Assembly: GCA_950097015.1 (NCBI GenBank)
Contig: CATNEN010000008.1
Location: forward strand, 3,844,001-3,908,000
Source: Macrostomum hystrix
Taxonomy: Eukaryota > Animalia > Platyhelminthes
Reading direction: 5' to 3'
DNA length: 64,000 nucleotides
Shown here: piece by piece, positions 33,964 through 47,654 of the stretch
Layout: each line of letters begins with the position of its first letter
Position numbering within the stretch: the first letter of the stretch is position 1
Notes under the pieces: generated by a model
Database searches by the model: none
The model's input: the letters and a program-made list of their open reading frames with translations, nothing else
Told to the model about the DNA's origin: nothing
Made by a program: the position numbers and the translations under genes

Positions 33964-35170
33964 TAAAGTATAGTGCAATGTGTAGTAAAATGTATATGTA
34001 AATGTATATCATATAAATCTTAAGCCTATTTTGCAAAATCTAAGACATGCAAATCTCAAATTTTGCAAATCACATTTGCCAGTGCCTAGACTTTTTTCTA
34101 TTCAGTGTAACAGAAACTTATAGTTTTAGACCTTATCATTCAATTGGCATCTTTATTACTTACTGTATTAGGCCTACTACTATTCATATCAAATTTTATT
34201 TGTATTTTCTACCAATCAATCAACACATTTCAATATTGGCAAGAATTTACATTTCACTGATTTTGAATATACATAGCCTTCATATGTTGCATTATGATAT
34301 GTTGCCCTTTTGACTGTTGCCCTTTTGACTGTTGCCCTTTTTATTTGTTGCCATTTTGATCTATAACCCTTTCCCTATAGGACTGCATAAACAAGATACC
34401 TATTTTGAGTTAAATTTTTATGCTGCACAACTTAACTTAAAAGACATTTCTTAGTCTCATTTTATCTCATTTCTTTGACATCTTTCAAGGCAATACTTGT
34501 TGGCATAAAATACTAGATAGATTCAGCATTAGTACAATTTTGTTTGCTACATTATTATTATTATTTAGCTTATCAACTAGCAAACATTTTTCATATATTA
34601 GGAATAATACTAAGCTAAATTTCCTTTGAGTGCAAAAAACTATTATAACATAAAATAATCATTTTGTTTTCTTTACTGTAACAATGAATTTGACAAGTAG
34701 TTTATAGGTTTAATAGCACTAGGTAAGGACTAAGTAGGTAATAAAGACAGATCCAGATCCAGGATGTTGACAAACAATGCTTCTGGGTATCCATATGCTC
34801 TAACATGTATCTGGTTCTGAAAAAGACAATTAAGAAAAAAAATTGCATTAAACATTAAGACAAGTTGGCTTACAAAGCCTTACAAAAAGTCCAGAGGCAG
34901 GGTCCTCAGTAATTTATTATTAAGAGCAAATGTGATATGTAATTATGTTATGGATATAGTTTTATATTATACTACAGAAGCTATATTGCTCAGTTTATAA
35001 TACTTCCCTCTATTCATTCTTTAGTTTATAAACCTTTTTACATTTATTCAAATTTTATAGAAAAGTTTAGAATGGAAAAAGCTGACAATGGTTACTTAGT
35101 ATAACTACAATTGAAGATACAATAATTATCAGAAATGCTTAAATGGTACAGCTAAACTCTCACCTTTATA

Positions 35171-38100
35171 TTCTCTAAACCAGAGCTATTGGAGATATTC
35201 TTCTTTCGCATTGCCTCAGCTGAGACTGATGAAGCATTCGAAGCTGCTCTTGACAATTTCCTGGTGTTCATACTGCAGAATCTGGACACTTCAACTGAGC
35301 GAATAAGAAGAAAGGTGAGAGTCCTGCCAAATGTTGTGTCTGCATTATTGTAAAATTGTAACGGAGCTCATTACTAAAATTTATCTGTTTGAGTGAGAAT
35401 ATTTATGTCATGAAGCCATAGTATTTGTGTTATAATGGCTTTTGCAGAGGCTAAGAAAGAAGGGAATGCTCATAAACTAAAAGCTGAAACTAAGGAGTGA
35501 ATAAGACGCTCATAAAATGAAACATAAGCTCTAAGAATGAATTAGAAGCTCATAGAATGAACCACAAGTTCATAGAATGAGCCAGAGGCTCATAGAATGA
35601 ACCACAAGTTCATAGAATGAGCCAGAGGCTCATAGAATGAATTAGAAGCTCATAAAATCAAACAAAAGCTCATAGAATCAAACAAATGCTCATTGAATCA
35701 AACAAATGCTCATAGAATGAACCAGAAGTTCATAGAAACAACCAGAAGCTCATAGAATGAACCAGAAGCTCATGGAATGAACCGGAAGCTCATAGAATGA
35801 ACCAGAAGCTCATAGAATGAACCAGAAGCTCATAGAATGAACCAGAAGCTCATAGAATGAACCAGAAGCTCATGGAATGAACCGGAAGCTCATAGAATGA
35901 ATTAGAAGCTCATAAAATCTAACAAAAGCTCATAGAATCAAACAAATGCTCATTGAATCAAACAAATGCTCATAGAATGAACCAGAAGTTCATAGAAACA
36001 ACCAGAAGCTCAGAATGAACCAGAAGCTCATAGAATGAACCAGAAGCTCATAGAATGAACCAGAAGCTCATAGAATGAACCAGAAGTTCATAGAAACAAC
36101 CAGAAGCTCAGAATGAACCAGAAGCTCATAGAATGAACCAGAAGCTCATAGAATGACGCCGAAGCTCACAAGTATTGGTCTCACATCAACAGATCCTGGA
36201 ACTGCTGGTACACATCAACAAACGCCTGCGCAGTCGGCCCCAGATCCAAGTGCCAGTTGACAGCCTGGTGAAGCAGTACGCCAATCCTGATAACAGCTTT
36301 TTCATTACGAATTTCTCCATAATCTACATCAAAATGGGCTTTCCCCGTATGCCCAAGCCGAAACAGCTGCAGCTGCTGCCTGAACTGTTGTGCTCCTACA
36401 CTGGCAAGCCTCCGATACAGAAGGACTCGTAAGTGCTTTCATCTACTTTACAGTAGAACTACCTGCGAGGAATCCCTCCTGACAATTATTCTTGTTGCAC
36501 ACGAACGGAGAAAAGAAAGCACACGAAACTCAAGAACAGGGGTCAAATTTTTGTTGCGCATTTTCTGTAACAAGAATCAAGTCGCCAGCATTTCAAACTA
36601 TCGAGATATGCAACTGTTCTGGTCGAAGGTCTGATTTCCCCATTAGAGCTAGTGTATTTCATACCCCTATTCATGAATTCGCACTACGCCTTTGCCAGGC
36701 CCTCAAACTTTACCAGCATGTCAACCGAATGTGCCTGCATCGACTCCTACTTCGGTGGTCACCGACCTATATTTAGACGGAGCTGCTGGACCTTCAACAA
36801 GTAATATTTGAGTTTAGGCCCATATCGAGGCTTCAACAGCGAAAGTAGAAAAATCGCTTTAGTGACTCCATAGACAGCTCGAGGCATCCTGCTGACGGTG
36901 CTGACGGCGTCGGGGTGGTGACTGATTGGTTGACAGACTAAGCGAGGGTCCTTGTGGTTGTACTTCGTCCTATATTGAGGCGAAATAGGAGAAATTTGCA
37001 TCAGGGTATCCATTTTCGGCTTGTGCCACTTGTTGAAGGTCCAGCAGCCCCTTCTAGATAAATGTTGGTGACCACCGAAGTTGGAGATGATGCAGGCACA
37101 TTCGGGTGACGTGCTGATAAAGTTTAAAGGCCTGACAAGGCCGCATTGAGGCGCAGTGCAAAATTGTGTATTGGGGTATGAAATACACTAGCTCTTATGG
37201 GAAAAATCGGACCTTCGGCCAGAACTGTTCAATATATCGACGGTTTGAAATGCTGGTGACTTGATTCTTGTTGCAGACGGCAAAATGGCTTGGTAATCCT
37301 ACTTTCAATTCAAAACATAAAAAAATAATAAAATTATCGTTTTCGAATCATTTCTAATTTCAGCATTCTGCACCTGTCGCTTGGCCTCCTAAAAGACGTT
37401 AAAGTGGATGACAGCAATCGGGCCGCCTATTCTATGACCGACAAGCCAGATGATAGGCGTTATATGCTGCACTTCTTTCAGTGTGTTCTCCTCATTACCT
37501 ACAAGTAAGTCGAGTTTCAGCCACATCAACAATATGATCAGTCCAATATAATTAACATTGATAGCCGACATGGTTACATAATGAAATTTTGTGAGCAGAA
37601 AAGTTATGCCCATATTGGTAGTTCTTTTTCCACCAGACACCCCCGACGAGAATCATTGATTGTCTCGACGTAGTTTCATTGTAGACGGTGTTAAATTCGG
37701 TTCGACTTTGGGTGAGTGTGACTGTTCCGTAGGTCGAGAGCTCGAATCCTAGCCCAACGAAAATTAATATGAATAATAATTGGACACACCTGCCCGATTA
37801 GGCCAGATGTGCAGCCGACAGCACAGCCGCAGCTATTGCGCGGCGCATCTGAAGGCTGCGTACGGCTGATCAGTCCATGGACTGAGCGGACGCCACACTT
37901 ACCTTTAATTACCCCAGCCAATGCTGGTACCCATTTAACAGCTGGGTGAACTAAAGCGATGCAGAGATGAGTGTCTTGCTAAAGGACACAAATTTTTCTA
38001 GTGGAGTCTGAAATCGAATCCCCGACTTTCAAGTCGCGAGTCCGACGCTCTCACCACTAAGTTACAACCCATGCTACAACGAGAAACAATTTTTAGTTCA

Positions 38101-41100
38101 CAAGAAAGACCCTTATTCACTCAACTGTAAGATGGATTCCAGCTTCAGTCCGGTTTGTAATTTGGGTGGGTGTGACGACCTCCACAGTCCGTGGACTGAA
38201 CTGCTGTACATAGCCATTGGATCTGCCGCTGTGCCATTGGCTGCGCAATCCACAGTCCATCCACACATCTTTCATATAAGTCTCCGCCGGTCGCAGCCTT
38301 GCTTATCGATTCGAACAATGCTCACCTCCAGCTTCCAGAAGCCGACAGACTCGCCACAGCCGGCCAGCGCCGATGCGGACGCCAACACGGCAGCCAGCGG
38401 CATCAGCGTTGTCTCCCTAGCGTGCGACGGCGTCTGTGACTTGGACTTTCGTCGCGTTGCCGGCCATTCCGAGTTCCTGCGCAACGCCGAAGAATTGGAA
38501 GCGGCCAAAGTTGGCATTCTCCGTTTCCTAGGCAACAAGATCTACACATCCGAGGAGATTGTGCTGCACTTTCTCATTGGCAATGCGGATACTCGGCACA
38601 GTGTGGTATCCGAGGCCGAGACCTGCTTGAAGTACCTCACTATGACGGCCAACTGGGAGAATGAGACCCTGGCCAATCAGATGTTTGTCCTGTTGCTAGG
38701 CAGCGAGAAGGCCGAGACTGGCAAGCCGAATCTGTTCCGCCTGCCGGCCTCTCTATTGGTTAGGCGCCGCCTGCTGCCTTATCTGCTGCGCTCCCGCCTG
38801 ACTGTGCCCAACGCCATGATTGCCAGCACCGTTGAGATTGTCTTTGACTGTCTAGACGAAGGTGAGCGCAGCAACAAGAAGCTGATGAGCCTTGGCCTGG
38901 ACCTGATCAACCATGTGGCACAGTACTCAACCAGCCTGACTGCCAAGCAGGCTAACGATATTCTCAAGCGTCTCATGATGTTCATCTATCAAAAGTGTCC
39001 GGATGTGAGTCGCTTTTTATTCTGAAATTGTCTAAGTATACATACCCAGGTACATACTCACACGCGCTCTAAAAACTGCTCAACGCAACTTCTATGCAAC
39101 CCGTCCTTATCAGGACCCAACTCTGAAGGCGAAAGCTTTCATCGCATTCGGCAACATGGTGCCAAAATGTCCCGAGTTTGCTGCCAACGGCCTAGCCCTA
39201 CTCCAGGAACTATTCCAATCATTATCTGACGAAACTGGGGAAGTTAAACTGGCTGTGCGCACCTGCCTGAACTCCATGGCGCCAATCTTCGTTGGCACCT
39301 GGCTATCCGGCTCACTGATGGAGGCTCTGCTGTTTGAGAATATTGAAAAGAACGACGCCGCCTGCAGGCAGGTGGTCATCCACTTCGCCGACGTAATCTA
39401 TCCCAAGGATCACATACCGTCCCGGTACATCATTCTGCAAGGATTGGGTGACGAGTGAGTAGCTTATTGTGTGCTTGTTATTTTGTGCTCACTGCTGTCT
39501 CTGAGCAGCAAAGTTTCCTTCGTGTACTGTACAGAAATGTGATTGTACACAAACCTCTAAACATATTCATTTATCCATCTGTACAGACCTCTTAATTCTC
39601 CTTAAGCCCCTAATTAGTGTAAATCATGACTCTCTACTCCAGTACACATCCCTTCAACTCCTCCTGTACACATCCCTTCAACTCCTCCTGTACATATCCC
39701 TTCAACTCCTCCTGTACACATCCCTTCAACTCCTCCTGTACACATCCCTTTAACTCCTCCTGTACACATCCCTTCAACTCCTCCTGTACACATCCCTTCA
39801 ACTCCTCCTGTACACTTCCCTTTAACTCCTCCTGTACACATCCCTTCAACTCCTCCTGTACACATCCCTTCAACTCCTCCTGTACACATCCCTTTAACTC
39901 CTCCTGTACATATCCCTTCAACTCCTCCTGTACACATCCCTTCAACTCCTCCTGTACACATCCCTTCAACTCCTCCTGTACACATCCCTTCAACTCCTCC
40001 TGTACACATCCCTTCAACTCCTCCTGTACACATCCCTTTAACTCCTCCTGTACACATCCCTTCAACTCCTCCTGTACACTTCCCTTCAACTCCTCCTGTA
40101 CACATCCCTTCAACTCCTCCAGTACACATCCCTTCAACTCCTCCTGTACACATCCCTTCAACTCCTCCTGTACATATCCCTTCAACTCCTCCTGTACACA
40201 TCCCTTCAACTCCTCCTGTACATATCCCTTCAACTCCTCCTGTACACATCCCTTCAACTCCTCCTGTACACATCCCTTCAACTCCTCCTGTACACATCCC
40301 TTCAACTCCTCCTGTACACATCCCTTTAACTCCTCCTGTACACATCCCTTTAACTCCTCCTGTACACTTCCCTTCAACTCCTCCTGTACACACCTTCAAC
40401 TCCTCCGGCGCCGCTTTCAGCGACGACACGGTGAAGAGCGAGGCCCAGAAGGCATTCGCCTACTGCACACAGCCCAATGTGATGCGCGACATTGTTGACG
40501 GCCGTGTCAAGATGCCGCCATTTGTGGACTTCGTCAATCACGACACTCACTACGCCAAGAAGAACCCGTTTGTTGACGTGTGCCGCCTCATTCCCGTTGT
40601 TGAATTCATTCGCCTCTGCCTGCTAGCCGGCAATGACGGCCTACCCGAGGGCACCCCGGATCCGTTGCAGTACGAAGAAGAGGCCGAGTTTCACCATAGA
40701 ATCATGCGCAACGTGCGCCACTACATGGCCGACGAGTCTAATACGGCCGGCGGAGGCAGCGGCGGCGCCGTTGTGTCCAGCGGTCGACGTGCCGTCGACA
40801 CCTACTTCCGACTGATCCAGGTGGTCATTCTAACTCAGCCTGTCACGTCTCATTTTACAGCCTACCTACAGGAGGTCCTGCTGGGCCATACCAGGTGATC
40901 TATTGGCATTTTTCTATCATTTATTCCCATATAAAAACTTTAAGAAACTTTCAGTCCCAGGTATCCTAACTGTGATTTCATGTATCCCAGCTGGGTTTTT
41001 AATAATCCCAACACGGATTTTAGTTATCCCAACTGCGATTTTAATTATCTCAATTGGGTTTTTAATAATCGCAACAGGGATTTCAGTTATCCCATCAGGG

Positions 41101-44100
41101 ATTTCAATAATCCCAACAAGGATTTTAGTTATCCTAACTGGGATTTCAATGATTTCAATTGGGTTTTTAATAATCCTAACAGCGATTTTCGTTATCCCAA
41201 ATGGGATTTCAATTATCCCATCAGGGATTTTAGTAATCCCAACTGTGATTACAAAAATCCTAACTGGGATTTCAATTATCCCAAATAAGATTTTTTCCTA
41301 ACTTTATTGATCTCTATAATCTTTATCCCCTCCGCCAGAGACCTGGTGACCAACTGTAAGCAGGTGTTTGAAAAGATTCGAACCAACGTGCTCTACACTG
41401 GCCGTGGCGCCGCCTGCCGGTCTGAGTGCGCCACCATCCTGGCGCTGGTGTCGGCTGAGACTGAGACCAAGGAGCAGCTGCACGCCACCCTAGCCGAGTA
41501 CGCTAGCAAGCTGCGCGCCAAGGAGCCCGACACCAACCAGGGCGCCCTGCTCGGCCTCTGCCACCTGCTGGACCGCCTGGCTTATAAGAAACGAGCCGGC
41601 GCCGCCGGGAAAGCAAAGGCTCGCATGACCCTGGCCGGTCACGTGACCGATCTGCTTAAAGAGGCCGAGAAGCGACTCCAGGCGCCTGGCCGACATCCGG
41701 CCTGCACCGTCCTGTGCAACGGTATCAGCGTCCTTGGCAACGCCGGCCTTTTGGCTCACCTGCCTGCCGGCGGTCAAGCCGAAGACACCTGGCCTAATAA
41801 GCAGGCGCTTGTTAAACGCCTATTGGCTCTGGTTAAATCCACCACCACTGATAGGCTGTGCAGGGAGGCCGCACTGCGGGCTATCACAGGTAACATTTAT
41901 TTAAACTGGGATATCAGTTTTTTTAACTGGGATTTGAACTGGCATTTCAATTTTTCGAACTGGGATTTCAGTTATCCCAACTGGGATTTTAGTTATCCGA
42001 ACTGGGATTTTAGTAATCACTACTGGGATTTCAGTTGTCCCAACTCGGATTTTAGTTATCACAACTGGGATTTCAGTTATCCGAACTGGGATTTTAGTAA
42101 TCACTACTGGGATTTCAGGTATCCCGACTGGGATTTCAGTTGTCCCAACTCGGATTTTAGTTATCACAACTGGGATTTCAGTTATTTGAACTGGGATATT
42201 AGTAATCACTACTGGGATTTCAGGTATCCCGACTGGGATTTCAGTTGTCCCAACTCGGATTTCAGTTATTTGAACTGGGATTTTAGTAATCACAATTTCA
42301 GTTGTCCCAACTCGGATTTAAGTTATCCCAACTGGGATTTCAGTTATCCGAACTGGGATTTTAGTAATCACTACTGGGAATTCAGTACACCAAAGATGTA
42401 TCCCAAACAAAGGTGTATAATTCCAATTAAAGTTGTATTATCCCAAACAATGGTGTATTATCCCAAACAAAGATTTAATGTCCCAAACAAATGTGTATTA
42501 TGCCAAACAAAGGTCTATTATCCAAAACAAAGATTTAATGTCCCAAACAAATGTGTATTATCCTAAACAAAGCTGCATCATCCCAAAAAATGTGTATTAT
42601 CCCAAACAAAGGTGTATTATCCCACCCATCTCTGCAGGCCTGGCGCATGGTGAGCCGCAGATGCCGCACAGTCGTCTGGCAGCCGAGGGCCTGGTTGAAT
42701 TGGCCACCCAGCGCGACCCGGAGCTGCACCTGTGCATCGCGGAGACTCTGTGCGCGCTAAGCCTAGGCTCGGCCAGTCCCTACAGAGGTCAGTGGTTCGA
42801 TCGCGAGTATCCACTGGAGTCGCCGACGAAATCGTCCGAACTGTTGAACTGGGCCTGCGAACAGGTCTGCAAGGCCTGCTCAGATCCGGCTAACCGAGGC
42901 GCCGGACTGGCCTGGTGCTGGGGTCTGCTGAGACGACTGGGTAGGCATCCAGACCTGCCGCTGGTTAGGCTACACGCCGCCGCAGCGCCCTGCTTAACGG
43001 ATCGGGATCCGGTGTCACAGGTTTGTTTGGCTAGCAGATCATTGGATCGCATTCTTAACTAGCTTGAAATTTCCCTAATAATGCGGCCAGATGTCCCGAA
43101 ATTAGAATATCCAAACTTTCAGCTGGCCCCTTTATTTAAGTTGCCCATCTGGGATTTCAATTATCCCAACTGGGATTACAATTGTCCCAACTGCGATTTC
43201 AATTATCCCAACTGGGATTTCAATTATCCCAACTGGGATTTTAATTATCCCAACTGGGATTTCAATTATCCCAACTGGGATTTCAATTATCCCAACTGGG
43301 ATTTTAATTATCCCAACTGGGATTTCAATTATCCCAACTAGGATTTTAATTATCCCAACTGGGATTTCAATTATCCCAACTGGAATTTCAATTATCTCAA
43401 CTGGGATTTCAATTATCCCAGCTGAGATTTTAATTATCCCTACTGTTAATTATCACTAAATTTTGAATATCCCATTATCCCAAAAATTCCCAGGAGCTGG
43501 CATGCCGCTGTCTCTGCCTAGTCAGCGAAATCCTCGGCGAGTCGGCCACCCCGGATTTGCCAGCCGGCCTCCTGTCAGCCGGAAGTGGCGGCGGCGCCGC
43601 TGCGCCCTACGCCGAGCTGGCCACTGCCTGTCGCGCAGCCGGCCTCCGCGCCCTCGCCTATCCGCTGATGAGCCTGGCCTGCGCCTTCTCCGATCTGGCC
43701 GCCTTCGCCGACATTCGCGGCTTGGCTGGCCGGCGCGCACTGCGCCAGCTGCGGCCGCACTTGGACTCGCTGGCGCCCCGACTCTACCGGCTGCAGTTCG
43801 AGTCCCGCCTGCAGCCCCAGGCTGGCGCGGTCTGGCGCGCCATGTCCGGCCTCGAGTCCGGACTGGCCGACCGCCTGCTCGAGCCGCTGCTAGCCGAGCA
43901 GCTCATTGCTGCCGGCAGCGCCGACTGGCGACTCCGCGAGTCCGCCTGCCAGGCCCTCTCAGCCCTGCTGGCCAGGCCGTCAGCTGCCGCCTCCCAGCAG
44001 TTGCCGGCCCTGCTGCCGCGCCTAGCCGCCTGCCTGCTCCGCCTGATGGACGATTCGCGCGATACGGTGCGAGAAGCCGCAGGCCAGGCATTCACGACTT

Positions 44101-47052
44101 GCTCCCGCCTGGCTGGGCGCGAACCTCGGACCTCACTTCCTGGCCTACTGCCTGTACTTCTGGAACTGGGCCTGGCCTCCGGCGCTTCCGAAGCCCGCAC
44201 GGCCGCCATGCGCTGCCTCACCGACCTGGCCAAAAGCGCCGAGACCGCTCTGAGGCCTCATCTAGTCAAACTGGTCACCGACCTGCTGCAGGCGCTTTCG
44301 GGCCTCGAACCTGCGGCCTTCATCACCTTCAGCCAGCGGCTGACTGGCGCGGCGCGCGAACAAGTTGACACGGCGCGAATCAGCGCTATGCAAACAACGC
44401 CAGTATTTGACCTGCTGAAAGTCTGTGTGCGTCAGGTTGATCAACCGGTGAGAATTCTGGGACGTGCACTTTGATTGTCTAAATGCTGCTGGATTGACAT
44501 TCTGCCAGATGTGCATCTCACATCTGTAATATGGGCTGGCACAGCGGTCTAACGCGTTTGTCTGTCGCACCAAAGTCCCTGAGCTGGATTCCGTGGCGAG
44601 GCCACATTCATTTGGGACGCTGCCGCGTATTGAAGGCATCGAAAAAAACAGACACAATTTTATCATTTAATCTTGTCTGCTACCATTGTTTACTATTTTG
44701 GATTGAAGTGTCCAAGTGTCACTAAATGATGTGTCATTGCCCGCAGCTCTGCTGCAATGTGTGTGTGTGTGTGTTTCATAGTCCATGGACTGAACAGCTG
44801 TACGCAGCCTGTCATCTGAAAGCACATTGTCGCTATCCACCAACTGACCCCACCTCCAGACCCTGGACTCGCTGGTGCCCCACCTGACCGAGCTGATACG
44901 CAAAGGTGTCGGCCTGGGCACCAAATGCGGCACAGCCCAGCTGCTAGTCACCATCACTGATCACTGCGGCTCCATCGTGGCGCCCTACACTGGCAAGCTG
45001 CTGGCCGCTCTGCTCTACGGCGTGGCCGACCGCAATCCGGTGGTCCAGCGCTGCATGTCCCTGGCCATCGGACAGCTCATCAGCTACGCCAAGCAGGCCA
45101 GCGTTGAGAAGCTGCTAACTCACGTGCGCGCCTGGTACCTGGAGAAGGAGGACGATTTCATGCGGCGCGCCTGCGGCCAGCTGTTCCACGCCTGCGCCAG
45201 GCACGCTTCGGACATTCTGCGCCGGCATTCCGCCTCCGCCCTGCCTCTCATCTTCCTCGCCGCAGCCGATGTCAACGATCCCGCTGCTGAGCTAGCCGCC
45301 GCCGCCTCCTCCTCCGACTCAGCCGATGTTGAAGCGGCCAACGCGGCAGCTGAAGACGCCGCACTGTGGAAGGAGGCCTGGACTGACTGCGCCGGCTCCG
45401 CCACAGCCCTAGCCGACTGCGTGTCGGACGCCCTGACCCTGTTCGGCCAGGCTGTCCGATCGCCCTACTGGCCCCTGCGAGCTCAGGGAGCCGCCGCTGT
45501 GAAGCAGCTCGCTGCCCAGCTGGATCTGGGCGTTGACCGAACAGTCTGGCTGCTTAACGAACTCCTGGTGCCAGCCCTGCAGGCCAGGCAGCAGCAGCCG
45601 CGTGTCAGGCGGGCCATGTGCGACGCGGCTGCTACCTTGTGCGTCCGCTGTCCCCAGCTGACGGAGGCGTCGCGCGCCACGGCGCTGAATCTGGTGGTGG
45701 CTGCGGCGGAGTCACAGGCGGCCTGCCTGCCTGCCGCGGCACAGTTGGCGAGATTGTGCAACGCCCCGGTGCTGGACCGGCTGTGGGAGCAGGTGAGAGA
45801 TCTGATCCCATCAAATCCCATCAGATCTGATCCCATCAAATCCCATCAGATCTGATCCCATCAAATCCCATCAGATCTGATCCCATCAAATCCCATCAGA
45901 TCTGATCCCATCAAATCCCATCAGATCTGATCCCATCAAATCCCATCAGATCTGATCCCATCAAATCCCATCAGATCTGATCCCATCAAATCCCATCAGA
46001 TCTGATCCCATCAAATCCCATCCGACCTGATCCCATCAAATCCCATCAGATCTGATCCCATCAAATCTTTGGAGATTCTGATCCCATCCAATGTTTAGAG
46101 ATTCTGATCCCATCCAATGTTTAGAGATTCTGATCCCATCTAATGTTTAGAGATTCTGATCCCATCTAATGTTTAGAGATTCTGATCCCATCAAATCTTT
46201 GGAGATTCTGATCCCATCTAATGTTTAGAGATTATGATCCCATCCAATGTTTAGAGATTATGATCCCATCCAATGTTTAGAGATTCTGATCCCATCCAAT
46301 GTTTAGAGATTCTGATCCCATCTAATGTTTAGGATCTTATTTCCCTTAAATGTTTTGGGATTCTGCTCCCGTGACTTGAATCGTAGATTTTGGCAATTTT
46401 AGTATCTCTGTCGCCCTAATTCTTCTGATCCCACATTGTTTCTCAACTCCCCAAACAGGTGAAGTCCAGCCTGCCCGGCTCGCTGCCCACCCTCGGCCAG
46501 CTGTGGATCGCCGATCCAGACCAGCAGCGCCGCTTCCTGGCCCCAGTCTGCGAGCAGCTGGTCGCGCACGACCGCGATCTCCACGGCTGCCTCCGGGCCT
46601 GCCGAGAGCTTGTCGAGCGCGACTGCACCCTGGCTAGCGGCGAGGCGCCGCCGGAGCCCCTGCTGGCCTGCGCCCAGCACCTCCTGACCGCCGTTCGGCA
46701 TCGGCGAACTCACTTCTACCAGGACGCCCTGCACCTGATCACCTGCCTGGTCACCTGCATGAGCCCCTCCGGGGCCAGCAAGCTCAGCGCGGAGTTCCAG
46801 GACATGTGCACCGCGCTGATTGATCTGGCCCAGCAGCAGGCGTCACCTTCGCTGCAGTCGCACTTTGATCCTCTGCTGCAGGATGGCGCTGTGGCTGCCG
46901 CCGCGGCTGCCGCTGCTGCTGCCGCCGCTGCTGCCGCCGCCACGGCGACAACGGCATCTGAGGGCGAGGGCGAGGGCGAGTACTCGGGCGAGGCGTCGCC
47001 TACCGTGCGTCCGCCTTCTCCGCTGCCCGAGGATGATGCATCTGTGCAATAA
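35171..47052 (+). CDS. ECM29: Proteasome adaptor and scaffold ECM29 (HEAT repeats), about 11 exons; first exon/start not located
   Basis: Approximate exons 35171-35316, 36193-36428, 37363-37502, 38327-39005, 39115-39455, 40421-40894, 41338-41889, 42638-43021, 43496-44447, 44860-45792, 46458-47052. ETDE..RRK/ILELLVHINKRLRSRPQIQVP..TNFSIIYIKMGFPR and LIRKGVGLGTK..WYLEK match human ECPAS as remembered. Total is roughly 1800 aa. Confidence 0.93.
35525..36170. repeat. 20-bp minisatellite AGAAGCTCATAGAATGAACC (ECM29 intron)
   Basis: About 32 tandem copies, ending just before the splice acceptor. Confidence 0.95.
36564..37277. mobile_element. Older foldback/MITE (arms ~240 bp, spacer ~225 bp) in ECM29 intron
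   Basis: 36564-36803 is an imperfect reverse complement of 37029-37277. Confidence 0.75.
37800..38070 (-). mobile_element. tRNA-derived SINE family 1 copy
   Basis: Reverse complement aligns over its length to 9118-9395. A degenerate 3' fragment follows at ~38140-38250 (+). Confidence 0.8.
39637..40401. repeat. 24-bp minisatellite TGTACACATCCCTTCAACTCCTCC (ECM29 intron)
   Basis: About 32 tandem copies. Confidence 0.97.
40962..41285. repeat. 21-bp minisatellite AACTGGGATTTCAATTATCCC, array 1
   Basis: Degenerate tandem copies. Confidence 0.9.
41903..42622. repeat. 21-bp minisatellite array 2, grading at ~42390 into a TGTGTATTATCCCAAACAAA-type array
   Basis: Tandem copies visible. Confidence 0.9.
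43148..43445. repeat. 21-bp minisatellite array 3 (most homogeneous)
   Basis: Tandem copies visible. Confidence 0.93.
44535..44750 (+). mobile_element. SINE family 2 copy, internally deleted, in ECM29 intron
   Basis: Head GGCACAGCGGTCTAACGCG..GAGGCCACATTCATTTGGG and 3' end AAATGATGTGTCATTGCCCGCAGC match the other copies. Confidence 0.65.
45798..46370. repeat. 25-bp (GATCTGATCCCATCAAATCCCATCA) then 26-bp (GAGATTCTGATCCCATCCAATGTTTA) minisatellites in ECM29 intron
   Basis: The array starts about 6 nt after the GT donor. Confidence 0.95.
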
Positions 47053-47654
47053 CTGATTGATTGATTTTCGATTTTTTTTCTGAGGATCTGGGATTCAGTG
47101 TTGTTTTGTATTCGTTTTACACAGAGATATACTTTTTTAGGATCTGAGAAGATAAAGCAGTAGAGCAGCTTGTCCTGAGCACACTGCCTTCTCAACTGTC
47201 AGACTATCAAGTCTGAATAGCAGGACCAGACCCTGACCCAATGCCCTCTGTCCGCGGCCTCGCGTCCTTCCGGATTCGAACACCGGACCTTCACGCTATA
47301 GTCAAACGTGAACTGATAGCGTAGTGAATTAATTATCAAACTGATTCTCTGCTTTATTTCAAAGCTTTTTTCTATATATTTTTTCTAAGAAATCGTGCTT
47401 GCTCCAATGGGCCAGTTCAATATTCGCTGCCTATTCTGATTCTTACTGGTATGTCTGTCTGCTTTTTATGTTTAGTTTTTGCTTTTACTTGCTAACTCTG
47501 TGGTTGCCTCTATTTGTTTGTTAAAATACGATTCTCTCCCGGAATAAAAAAGAACATTCAGCAGCGGCCTGCATGCTGTGCACTGACCAGCGGCTCAAGA
47601 TGATTGGAAATTATGTTTAAAATGACGTCTCATGCCTACTCTTTGCTGTTTATT

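Noticed and set aside
39614-40498. Three long repetitive ORFs (CTGGVEGM, etc.)
   Set aside because: Frames of a 24-bp intronic minisatellite.
40821-40871. 51-nt intron plus 23-nt micro-exon in ECM29
   Set aside because: The segment is in frame, stop-free and aligns as coding to ECM29, so it is treated as one exon.
40903-43341. NWDFNYP-repeat ORFs (antifreeze or beta-helix-like)
   Set aside because: They are read-through of ECM29 exons into intronic 21-bp arrays; the ECM29 frame splices around them.
43463-44368. 301-aa Arg/Pro-rich ORF and other overlapping or antisense ORFs in ECM29, pol, gag and FMO
   Set aside because: Alternative frames of GC-rich coding exons with no independent motifs.
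35525-46370. CRISPR arrays
   Set aside because: The repeats are head-to-tail with no unique spacers, and the DNA is eukaryotic.
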